DNA of 50,805 nt, the filler included, from Streblomastix strix (taxonomy: Eukaryota), in assembly GCA_008636045.1 (NCBI GenBank). It is 3 parts of 3 records of this genome, joined end to end, with 100 filler letters (N's around TTAATTAATTAA, not from the genome) between each part and the next. Parts side by side here need not be neighbours in the genome. Positions count along the whole stretch, not along the records: positions 16,979 to 33,847 come from SNRW01000758.1; 2 more parts are not named here. One strand, written 5' to 3'. The notes beneath the pieces are model-generated. The model was not told the origin of the DNA and did no database searches. It saw only the letters and a program-made list of their open reading frames with translations. Positions within the stretch are counted from its first letter, which is position 1. Every line of letters begins with the position of its first letter. Position numbers and translations under genes: made by a program. This document shows, in pieces, positions 16,981 to 28,837 of this stretch.

Positions 16981-19900
16981 GTAAGTCCGTGCAAAACAAT
17001 TGCTCACTCGTACGAACATGCTACAACAGGCAGTGATAGAAGGCTTCATATTTATATTCTTAATAGCATTAGTAACGAAACTACTCCATTCAACATATCA
17101 AGCCCCAGTGAAATAGTCAGCGATTATACAGATACTGCAAGACCAAATATTTCTTTCGCTAGAACAAGTTCTACACAATTACCTTTTATATCGTCCAGTG
17201 TCAATTTAGACATCAAAAATCTCATTTTCAGAATAAGCGACACTTTCTACTTCCGAAACCTTATAAGTCACGTAGCAGGCACACTCACACTAAGCTATGT
17301 TGATATAATTGGTACTTCGTCAAATGTTGGTGTTCTTTCAGCAGCTGCAATCAGCGCCAGCAGTGGTTCTGTGAAATTTGATAATGTTATAATGTAGTAT
17401 CTCAAAGTGAATACTAGGCAATCTAAAGGAGCAGGTGTATATGTCAATGTTGTTGGTACTGCAGGTTTCACAATAATCAACTCATAATTCAGGAATATAA
17501 ACAATGTTGAAGAAGAGAGTAGAGGAGCAGCAATTTATGTAAGAACGGTGCAGAGTACTAATGTTTTAGGAGATTTCTTATTCAATAACATATAATTCGA
17601 TAATAATTTAGGTATAACAACTACATAAGATGCTAAGGACTATGAAGGAGCAAACGTTTTCTTGGAAAGTGCAAATCTTCCAAAAGAAAACCTGAAAGAA
17701 AAATTCAAAGGAGATGGAATTCCATATGCCGAACCAAATATACCATTTGTTGGAATTGACTTCAGAAATAGATTAGTTGCTCTTTCAAGGTTCATATTCC
17801 CCAATACCAGCATATCCGAAGCAGTTGTCAATGAAACCAACGGAAATAATGATGTATATTGCTTTGATGACTTCGCACCATGCAAAACAGTTGATTATGC
17901 ATTTAAAGTAACATCAACATCAGATGAAACTTATAGAAGAGTTTTAATTGATACACTCGCATATCTGAACTTTGAGATAGATATCAGAAATGAATCAGAA
18001 AAAACAGTATAGTTCATTGGATATAAAGAGTATCCAGATTCAAGAGGTAAATATGCAACAATTGTTGTAAACGCATCATCAACACAAGATTCACTGATAG
18101 ACATTCAGAATTCATCACTTGAAATATTGAATCTTACATTTGAAATAGGGCATGGTATAAAATTATATAATTTGATCCACCATTCTGGAAGAGATGGAGA
18201 ACACCAGCATGTTAAAATAGAGTATACTGCATTTACTGGTATAGTTGATTAAAAAGGTTCCTTCTCACAAATTAATACTTCAGTTGTCAGCATTACAGGG
18301 GATAGTGTAATTGTTCTGAATAATGTGAACTTCACAAACTTTGAAGTTGCCATTGGTGACAACATGCAATATGGTGAATATACAGGAGGCGCTTTACACG
18401 TAGATATGAACGATCCTGATTCTACTTTGAGCCTGACGAGCTGTATTTTCACATCTATCATATTAAAGAGTGGATATGGTGCTGGAATTGGAATATCTAC
18501 AAATTATGTAAGTGCAATTCCATTTGATACAGCACTTATTTAAATACTAATTTAATCTTGCCAATTCTCATGGTGTCAAGCGCATGTTGGACTTGGTGGT
18601 GCAATAGCTGTTCTAAACTACGGAAGACTACCAAAAGTTGAAAGTTGTCGGTTCAGTAGAAACACTGGAATCCTCACTTTACCAAATGGAACAGTTCTCA
18701 GAGCCAACGACATGTACTTTGATAACAAATTATACGATGAAGATGTAAATAAAGTCTTTTCAAGCAGTTCTTCAGACTCAGATCCTCCAAGAGTGCTTGT
18801 AAAAGGATCAGATGTTGACTGGGATGGTGGATCAGGTGGTGGAATACTTCCAGATGATTCAAGGGAGTTGTATGTTGATGGAGATTCTACAACTTCTGGC
18901 GGTGATACTGAATTAGGTACAAAAGGATCACCATATAAGACTGTAGGCGCAGCAGTATAGAGTAGTGGAGTGCCATCTACGGCTAATCTGATCATATATG
19001 TTAATAGTACAAATTCGCCATATTAAGAAAGGAATATATAAACTAATGGGAGACGCGTTACAATAAAGGATAATGATTAATCATCTTCATCACGAAATGC
19101 AGCAAAGCCAGAAATAGATGCTTATGAAGGTAGTGGAGCAAACTCTCTATTTGCAGTTACTAATGGTGGGGAGCTTCGTGTTATAAACATCAAGTTCAGA
19201 GGATATGGTTAAAGTACAACACAACCTCTTCTCGTTCAAACTGGGACTAGCAGTGTATATTTCAATGATACCGAATTCTACCCTAAACCAGACACATAGT
19301 ATTACTAATCATATATTCAATCACAAAGTGGATCCCTATTCCTTACTAATGTCATATTCTAAGATATTTACACGCAGTACTGCCCAATTATCTATTTAGG
19401 CCGTGGTATGTCTGAACTGCGTATTACTTCATCAACATTCAAAAATATAACTCGTAATGGAGGTGGAATAACAACAGGTAGAACAAGAGCAGGAACAGCG
19501 ATTGAAGCAGAATTCCTTCAGATGATTGGATCTATCAGCAACACTTAGTTTACTGGTGTACAAACAACCTCATATCAGAACACAGACTCACTATTTGAGC
19601 CAAACCAAGCATCAAATGCTGATATTTCAGAGCTTTGTGGATGGGGCAGTGGGTTTGGTGTGATGGTTTCTCTGAGTGGGACAGGTGCAATATCAATCAC
19701 AAACACTTCAATAACACAAAGCGGTCGAAGCGGAGCATTGGCTATCAATGGTCCTAATGTGAATATTGATGGATCATCTAGGATATATAACAATGATCCT
19801 ACGCTCCCTGGGTTCTAATCAATAAGAAGGAATATTGTATGTGGAGGTGGATCATTACTGGATGTACCTTCTACTATTTTCACTTCTGATGATGGTTTAT

Positions 19901-21909
19901 CAGCAACAGATTCTTAATGGGTATATGCAGGTGTATATCCAGAAGATGGATAATGCAATTTGGTTGGTGCTGCTACTTCAATTAAACCTAACCCTACTTT
20001 CAAACCAAATGTAAGTTCTGCTTCATCTACATTGAACAGTGCAAAGACTTTACTGCATATTGACTTTGATGGTGAATTAATAATTCCATGTGGTGTAGTT
20101 GTTGAATTGTATGGCCCTGATGATGATCGAACAAGACTTGAGATTGGAACCGACTCATTCACATCAAATACATAATAATAATTATCAGCTGATGTTGCAT
20201 ATAACTTACTCCCACGTGGAATAACTGAATTCTATGCAAGGCTCAGATATGGAGATAATCAAAAGACTTAAGGATTCAAGATATTTGAAGTTGATTCAAC
20301 TGAGGGTCCACTGATTTCTGGAGACTCACCAGTGAACTTGACAGTGATTATTGTAATAGTTATTCTCGCTGTGGTCTTATTATTGGTAATAGTAATTGTA
20401 GTTGTATTTGTAGCTGTTTAGAGAAGCAGACGCAAAGACGATGAAGAAGAGGAAGAATAAGAAGATGCAATAAAGGGATTATTAAGTTACAATGAGGACA
20501 GACAATACAAAAGAATGACAGCTATTAACGAGGATGAATAAGTGTATGACAGAAGAGGGAAAGACAGCTATCAATCTGATGATGAGTTGGGCACTAAATA
20601 GAACAGGAGACGTGCATAGTACTTACAGACAGAGCATTCAGTCAATGATAGGTCAGTGAGTGGTACATCATAAACAGATAACACATAATCCAAGTCAAAG
20701 ACTAAGAATAGTATACAACCATAAAGAAGAGCTTATAGATCAAAAGCTCCAACTGAAGCATCTACAGAAAAAGATCAGTCTATTATTCTACCCAAATAAA
20801 GACTCCACAGACAATTACATGGTGACAGATATCTATCCAACAGTGGAAGTGGAAGCAGGGCTACTTCACAGACAAAAACAAAAGATAATTCATCCATAAC
20901 TAAAACACGGACAACACAAAAAACAGGTTCGTCGGAATCATAGAGAAGGAAAACTTAGAGTCCAAATTCATCAATAAAGAAGAAACCGTAACAAAACACG
21001 ATTCAGTTAAAACCAAGCCCGGATGTAGCATATCTATTAGCCAGGCGTGGAAGAGCGTCACTCACCGATGATGACGATGAGATAGTGCTTACAATCAACA
21101 ACAAGAAAGATAGAAGCATGACTGACAACCTCAATACATCCACAGGTCGAAGTGAAAAGACCATATCACAAAGAAGAAGCATGAGAACATCAGTTGGCAA
21201 ATCTGGAATCACCAGCACTAGATAAGGTTCGGTATCATCTGCGCAATCATCAAGGAAACCACCATCACGCACAAGTTCAGCTAGTGGATCTAGATCAACA
21301 ACAAGACCTGGATCACGAAGAGGAACTGGTACAGGAACAGGGACTGGATAATCATACAGATCTGGATCAAGATCATCAATTTCTTCATCTAGTTACTCAC
21401 GAACTAGATCACAGACTGGAACATAGTCCAAATCAGGTGCTACATAACCTAAAGCCAGAAGACCAGCATCAGCTAATAAACCGACAGATGATGACTCTCT
21501 AAAACAAAGATCAGTCAGTTCAAAGACGCAAACATCTAAATCCTCAGTATCTGCACCATCACAAAGATACCCAGGATCTCCAACTAAGTCAAATCAAAGC
21601 AAGAGCTCAGTACAAAGGGATCAATCAGGTACTTCTCTATCTGGATCAAGAAGGGGATCACAAGCTCGGTAAGGAAGTTAATCTCCATCTGGAACCAACT
21701 CACGCACAAGTTCTGCTTCTAGACCAGGACCTGCTTCTAGGACAGGCTCAAAGGCAAGTTCAGCATCTAGGTCGCGCACACAGACTGGGAGTGGATCAGT
21801 ACCGTACTAGCGCAGACAGAGAGGGGCACCATCTAGTTCATACACTGGAAGCAGCATCAATTCTTCAGAGGATGGATCGAAGCACAGCAGCCTATCTGGA
21901 AGCAAGTGA
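16981..21909 (+). CDS. Large type I membrane surface protein (5'-truncated, >1640 aa): right-handed beta-helix/Pmp-like ectodomain, one TM helix, ~495-aa Ser/Arg/Thr-rich cytoplasmic tail
   Basis: One frame open from the contig edge to TGA 21907-21909 when TAA/TAG=Gln; supplied ORFs at 17662, 18325, 18712 and 19960 are all in this frame. Repeated SPCKTI / APCKTV / SPYKTV motifs, GAAIY / GGALH / GGAIA and FxxN motifs. TM LTVIIVIVILAVVLLLVIVIVVVFVAV at 20338-20418 followed by QRSRRK. Confidence 0.85.
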
Positions 21910-22431
21910 GATTACTCTGGTTAAATTTCTTAGTTTTTTTCACTTTAGAGTGCCAAACAAATCACCCACTTCATGTTTATAAATAAAAATAATTTCGGTA
22001 TAAATAGAAGTGAAGTGATCTTAATTTTTGAACGATGGTTATATTGTTAATTTTTCACCGCCATAGACTTCGTGGATAGAAGGCAAAAAATGTTTTTGTG
22101 ACTTTAATGTCATGTTATTTTGCCAATATTTGCATATACAATTTCATTGTAAAAATTCACAATTTTATAATTATCACAGCTCTAGAAAAACATCTTTTCA
22201 ATATTCCAACAAAAAAACAAGTGATACAACACTCACAGCATTATTTGCGAACATTTATTAAATTTAATATGCAATAAACATACTCATATATCATTTAAAA
22301 GTATAACCAAACATTTTTATTGTGTTTATAAACAGAGATTGAGCTCGCAACAATTTGTATATTATTTCTATTTTTCTGCCTTATTTTTGATTCAATTATT
22401 TTAATCTTAAATATAAGCTAGTTTTTTCATA

Positions 22432-24543
22432 ATGACTGAATCACTTCCAAGTAATGTCCGTACCTTTATAGACTTGGCAAAAGAAGTTTGCAATCCAGAC
22501 AATATTTTTATCTTTGATGGCACACAAAAGTCCTACGCTGACATATGCGCAAAATTAGTGTCATCTGGCGCGCTTATGCCTATCAATAGCTACCTTTATC
22601 CTAATAGTTTCCTTGCTCGATCAAACCCTGTAGATGTCGCACGCAGTGAAGACAGAACATTTGTCTGTTTGCCTGATGGGGAAAAGCTCTATAAACTCAA
22701 GCCATCTGAAATTCCACCTACACTCGGTTTCACATGGGGATGTCGATCATCTGAGATTGATGCAGCCACTGGAGCGGAGATGACAACAGAACAAATGAGA
22801 GCGCACATGTTCAAACTGTTCAAGAATTGCATGCGTGGGAGAACAATGTACATAATCCCCTTCTCAATGAGTCCAATTAACTCAGAGTTCGCCAAGCTTG
22901 GTATCTAGATTTCAGACTCAGCATATGTAGTTGCTAATATGTATATCATGACCAGAACAGGGAATGGAGTTCTTAATAAGATAAAAGAAGGATCACCATA
23001 TATCCCATGTTGGCATTCAGTTGGATGTCCATTAGAACCAGGTGAGAAGGATGTTGCGTGGCCATGCCGTTTGTTAGCTAAGGACAGATATATCACTCAT
23101 TTCTCATAACCAGATCCTGATCATAAATCTTTTGGAAATTATTCAGTTATGTCTTATGGATCAGGATATGGTGGGAATGCAATTATTGGGAAGAAGTGCA
23201 TAGCTCTTAGAATAGCATCTAAGATGGCTCGAGATGATAAAGTCAAATGGATGGCTGAACATATGCTTATTCTCCATGTAACACACACCCCATGTATAGG
23301 AGTAGATGAAAAAACTAAGAAAAAATAATATGGCCCAAATGAAAGCTACACAATAACAGCTGCATTTCCATCTGCATGTGGTAAGACAAACCTAGCTATG
23401 CTTGAAGTCCCACTTGAATATCGCGATTAATGGCATGTATCATGTGTAGGAGATGATATAGCGTGGATCCGAATAGACGAACAAGGCCGGTTATGCGCAG
23501 TCAATCCAGAATCTGGGTTCTTTGGAGTTGCACCAGGAACCAGCGATAAGACAAACCGTAATGCGATGGAAACCCTCAGAGCTGGGAATTCACTATTCAC
23601 TAATGTTGGGGTTACTTTAGATGGAGACGTTTGGTGGGATGGGAAATCTGATGATCCACCAGCTAAGATTGTCAATTGGAGAGGAAATCTGATGGAGGAG
23701 AGTTAATATAAGGATGCAGATGCGGATTAAGAGAAGAAGAAGAAGAAAGCTTTTATTGGTTAGGTCGCACATGCAAATTCTAGATACACCACACCATGCT
23801 CACAATGCCCAATAATAGATACATAATGGAACACAGGAAAGGGTTATCCAATAGATGCTATGCTCTTTGGTGGGAGAAGGACTAAGCTTATGCCTCTGTG
23901 TATAAGAGCTTCTACATGGGAGTAAGGAGTTCTATCTGCAGCAACTCTGAGGTCAGAAGGAACAGCAGCTGTCTCAGATCGTGTGATGGGAGCTCTCTCA
24001 TTTGATCCGATGGCCATGAGACCTTTTATTGGGTATAACTATGGGTAGTATTTCCAGCATTGGTTGGATATTGGGGAATTGGCACCTAAGAAACCTGACA
24101 TTTATACAGTGAACTGGTTTAGGAAATCAGATGATGGCAAATTCTTGTGGGAAGGATTCTCATAGAACTTCAGAATTGTTCAATGGGCATGTTTGAATGC
24201 AAGAAGAAAGAGAATCTAAGGAGTAATTAAAGAGGTTGAGAAAGATGTGACAATTACACCTCTAGGAGTTGCTCCTTTACCAAATGCGCTGATGATTGAC
24301 ATTAAGAACGCAGAATAGAAGAAGATTTTAGCTGATCCATAAATACTGACTGTTGATCCTAAGTCTTCAGGTCTGGGGAATGATTGGTATTAAGAACTCA
24401 GTGAAAGGAAAGAATATCTTTCATTATATGCGGATGATCTCCCTAAGAAGCTAGTTGATGAGTTCAACTCATTGGTAGATAGGTTTGTAGAGGCAGGATT
24501 GGCTGTGCCAGATGGAAAAACTGCTCAGAGTCTGAAACTTTGA
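22432..24543 (+). CDS. PCK: Phosphoenolpyruvate carboxykinase (GTP-dependent), 703 aa, intronless
   Basis: Continuous frame with TAR=Gln ending in TGA. Motifs [106 protein letters not shown]. Confidence 0.97.
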
Positions 24544-24632
24544 AATCTCAGATTTATAGATTGTCTTAATGTTGATATTTGATTCATACCAATTTTCCAT
24601 AGTTAAATTATTACCTTAGCATCTAATTCTTC

Positions 24633-24808
24633 GTAATAATTTTATTTTATTTTTTATTTGCGAGGATTTTAAAGATAAAATGCCCAATTCTTGGGATTAT
24701 GAGTGAATAAAAATTAACATATAAACAAAATAACATTCAAATCATTATATTTTGTTTTATTCATATTTACATTTACATTTTTATTATTTTTAAAGGGATA
24801 ATTATCAA
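24633..24808 (+). repeat. ~175-bp diverged direct repeat, copy 1
   Basis: Aligns with 28655-28828, e.g. TTTTATTTGCG..TGCCC(A/T)ATTC..GGGATT(A/G)TGAGTGAATAAAAATTAA..ATTCAAATCA..CATATTTACAT..GATAATTA.CAA. Confidence 0.85.
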
Positions 24809-25136
24809 TTATTATTTCTTTTCCTAATTGTTATTTGTTCGAATTCATTTCCTTCACCAATCAATTGCTTTATATTTTTCAAGTTTTTTTTTACAGCAGA
24901 TACACATTTGTAGTTTCTTGTCCAGCCCAACAAAATAAGCAGCCAAATTTTCATTTGCCATTAATCTTGATACGAAATTAGTCTTAGCACATCATTGCCT
25001 CTCAAACCTAATTCAAAGTTTAAAATACCACCAATAAAGAAGCAATCCTATTAGAACTATTAATTTTGTTTAATTTTTTTAAGAAAAGAAAAAAATGGGT
25101 CGATCTTTGCTTATTTTGAAATATTTTTTGTAACCG

Positions 25137-28025
25137 ATGAATTCGCCAGAAATGTTGAATGATTATAGTATAATGATGAATAATAATGACGACACCGATA
25201 AAATGTACATATCTGACCAGGTACGCAGATTTTTTAGGTTTTTTTACATTTTTCATGCTAATTCTGTATTATTTTACTCTAATGATATTTATTTGAATAC
25301 AATGATGTTGATTATATATTATTTTCACTCAAAAAAGCGCAATTATGCTGATTAACTCGAAGAAAATTAAAAAGATTGTTTATTAGATGCTCACAATGAA
25401 GCTCTCGAAGGTATAAATCATTATTAGTTTTTATCTTAAAATAATTAACATATGACTCATTTGTTATGATTATATTAAAATTAGAATTCTATTAAGCTAA
25501 GAAAAGTGTTAAGAATTTAGTGAAATAGTTTTTCTAAGAGAATAAATAATATAAAGCAGTTTGGCATATATATTAATAATAATAAACATTAATTCTGTTT
25601 TAAATTTATTAATAAGGATAAATTATTAACAGATTTAATTAATATGACATCTACTGGATGGATTAGTAAGGAATCTTCCCTTGAAATTGTAGTATCTATA
25701 TTTTTTGCATTGCTCACCGTTTGATTACTTCTTATTTTTATATTCATTCTATTTTAAATTATTAATTTAATAAATATATATAGTCTTCAGATAAAACTAT
25801 TAGTGATCTTGGAATGGATTTGTTCTTAGAAGGGATTAAAAACAAAAGATGTAAATTCTTCAAATAATAACTTTGCAATCAAAATGGTATTCTTCGCAGA
25901 TCAGCAGAAATTCTCATTTGTTCATAAACATCAGATTTTCATGCTTATATATAACCTTTCTATCCCCCTGTGAGATGTTGATCAGTTTAAAGTAGTTTGG
26001 GATCAGAAGAATCATTATCATCATACCGTTCGTAAAAATCTCGCTGCCCATCTCCTTATCAACAATCAAATAATTAGAAAAATAATTTAGAAAAGCATGT
26101 CTTATTTAATATTGTTAAAATTCTATAAGATCTTGCAAATAATGGAAGTCGAACATGGAATGTAGATGAAAAAGAATAATTAATAGATGCTCTTCATAAA
26201 TCCTCATAAATAAATATAGATAAAATAAAGAGTAAAGAAAATAATAATGATCACTTGAAAGATAAAGAAGTTATTAGCAATGATGTAGTTGAAGATGAAG
26301 CAATCTAAGAAAAAAGAAGATTTATATAAATAGTAAATAATTTGATATCTGTTCTTCAACCATAAAAATTATAGATGGAAAAGGATTAATAATAAAAAGA
26401 GAAAATTGATTTTAATTAGACTATAAAAGATTTATAAGATTAAAATTTGAAATAGGAATAAGAAAAGAAAATAATTTAGGATATGTTTGATTAATCTGAA
26501 ATTGAAAATTAATAATTAAAAGATAAATTAAAACAATCTTAAGAAAATAATTAAAAAGCAGAATAACAAATTCAAGAAATGTAAAATGAGAAAAACAAAA
26601 TAATGGATAAAGCAAAATCTGGAGAAGAAATTCATATCAAGCTGAAGGAGGATAAAAGGAAATTGGAAATGAAAATTGACAAAAAGAAAAAAAGAATAAA
26701 AAATGTTGAATTAGAAAATAAAAAAGAAAAGAAAAGCGCATAAAAAATTTAAGAAGAAAAAAATAAAATTGAAAATTAGAAAAAGAAATTGTTAAAACGC
26801 ATTCGTAGTTTGGAGAAAGAATAATATAAAAGGGAAAGAAACGAAAGAAAAGATGATAATAAATCAAGGGAAAATTATAATAAGAGGAGAGAGATAGAAA
26901 ATAAATGTTAAAGATAAAAGAATGATTTTGAGAATGAAATAAAGAAATTATAAAAAGATAATCAGAAATTGTAGAATGATAATCAGAAATTATAATAAGA
27001 TAATCAGAAATTATAATAAGATAAACAGAAATTGTAGAATGATAATCAGAAATTATAATAAGATAATCAGAAATTATAATAAGATAATCAGAAATTATAA
27101 TAAGATAAACAGAAATTATAGTAATATAATCAAAAATTATAGTAAGATAATCAGAAATTATAGTAAGATAATCAGAAATTGTAGTAAAATAGCTAAAAAC
27201 TCAAAGATTTGATTGAAGAATTAGACCAGCCATGTGTAATTTTCTAATAAATTGGATTAGAATTGAAAAAAGAAGTAGTTGGATCAGAAGAGAAAATGAA
27301 AAACATTCAAAAAAAGAAAGAACATCTTTGTGAAATAATATCTACTTCTCTTATAGGTAATCGGAATAAATCTATTCGCAAATAGATGATCAGTGCTGGT
27401 ATTGCTGATGCTCTGATTCATATATTCAAAACATAATAATTGAATTCAATTACAAGAGCTAATATTGATGCATTCTACTACTTAGTTAAAAGTAATGATA
27501 ATATTGAAACACTGATTGCAAAATAACCATTTAAAGGTCTTGTTCGTCTTCTTGATCATACTGATGAAGAAATTATTAATGGTGCTATAAATTCAATCTA
27601 TAAAATTGTACTTGTTGGTTAACAAGCACGTCCTACTTTGCCTCTTACCGTAAGTCAAATCCCTATTTTGAACTTTAGTTAAGTTGAGAAAATCTTTGCT
27701 TTGTTCAATAGAAAATTGAGTGCAGATACTACAAATACTTCAGCATTGTGCCTCTGTCTATTGTTCAACGTTAGAGAAATAATAAATTGGAATTAAAAAA
27801 TACAAATTATATCACATTTTAAATCTATCGTCAATGACAAAGACAATTGGATGAAAAATGCAGTGAGGAAAATATTACGTGAGCTTGCTCTGGATGATGG
27901 TATGATTCAAATGAAGAAATATTTAAATATTAAATAGATTAATTTTCTTATTTAATAACTATTTTAATATTTAACTAGTATACAAAGCAGAGATCGAGAA
28001 AGACGGTTTCGTAATTCCAAAGTGA
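25137..28025 (+). CDS. Multi-exon hypothetical protein with central coiled coil and C-terminal ARM/HEAT-like helical domain; 5' exon structure uncertain
   Basis: Several short AT-rich GT-AG introns (clear one at 27900-27978). Long exon with K/E/Q heptads, then GIADALIHIF..FKGLVRLLDHTDEEIINGAINSIYKI..SALCLCLLF..REI..; ends VYKAEIEKDGFVIPK-TGA. Confidence 0.7.
26957..27187 (+). repeat. 11 x 21-bp coding tandem repeat encoding heptad DNQKLQQ
   Basis: Unit GATAATCAGAAATTATAATAA with minor variants; 231 bp = 11 units. Confidence 0.95.
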
Positions 28026-28654
28026 GATAATTGACTATGAAGAGGAATATTTTTGCATATTTTAATTTTTGTAAATAGCTTTTATTTCTGATTTGTGGAA
28101 ATTATAATATTCTTTTTATAATTAAATCTGTAAATAAATTTTTATTTTGATAATGATATTACTTAAATTATTTCTATAAATTTATTAATCAAAAATTTAA
28201 TTTGAAAATTATATAATTATATTTTATTATTTTTATAAAATTTATATATTAATTCAATAAGAGAATTTTGCAAAAGATAAATAAATGAGATTAATAATAA
28301 GTTTATATTAAATAATGTTCAAACAAACAAAATGAATATTAATCATGTTATTATTTTTATTATTCAATTGAAATGAATCAAGAGATATTATTTCTATAAT
28401 CCTTTTTAAAGGAAACTTAGACTATAATTTAACCTGAAAAAATTTTATGGGAGAGGTTTGAATACCAGATCAAAGAAAAATTTGAATTCAATAAATAATG
28501 TTATATAAATGTAAAATCTAAGGGTGAATTCTTTTTTTAAATTTTGGTTATAATCTTTGTGGCTCGGATACTTCTAGGAAATAGCTTAAATCTTCAGTGT
28601 TTGAGCAACTTTAATATGCACCTTGATCTCAACAAGCGCAGGAACAAGATCATT

Positions 28655-28828
28655 GTAATAATTTAATTTAATTTTTTATTTGCGGATATTTTAAAAATAA
28701 ATTGCCCTATTCAAGGGATTGTGAGTGAATAAAAATTAATATATAAATAAAATAATATTCAAATCACTATATTTTATTTTTTTATCATATTTACATATAT
28801 TTATTGTTTTTAATGTGATAATTAGCAA
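28655..28828 (+). repeat. ~175-bp diverged direct repeat, copy 2
   Basis: Matches 24633-24808; lies immediately 3' of the minus-strand gene stop at 28838. Confidence 0.85.
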
Positions 28829-28837
28829 ACATAACAT

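Noticed and set aside
26957..27187. Regular repeat array resembling CRISPR
   Set aside because: Units are contiguous with no unique spacers, encode in-frame heptads, and there are no cas genes in this eukaryotic DNA.
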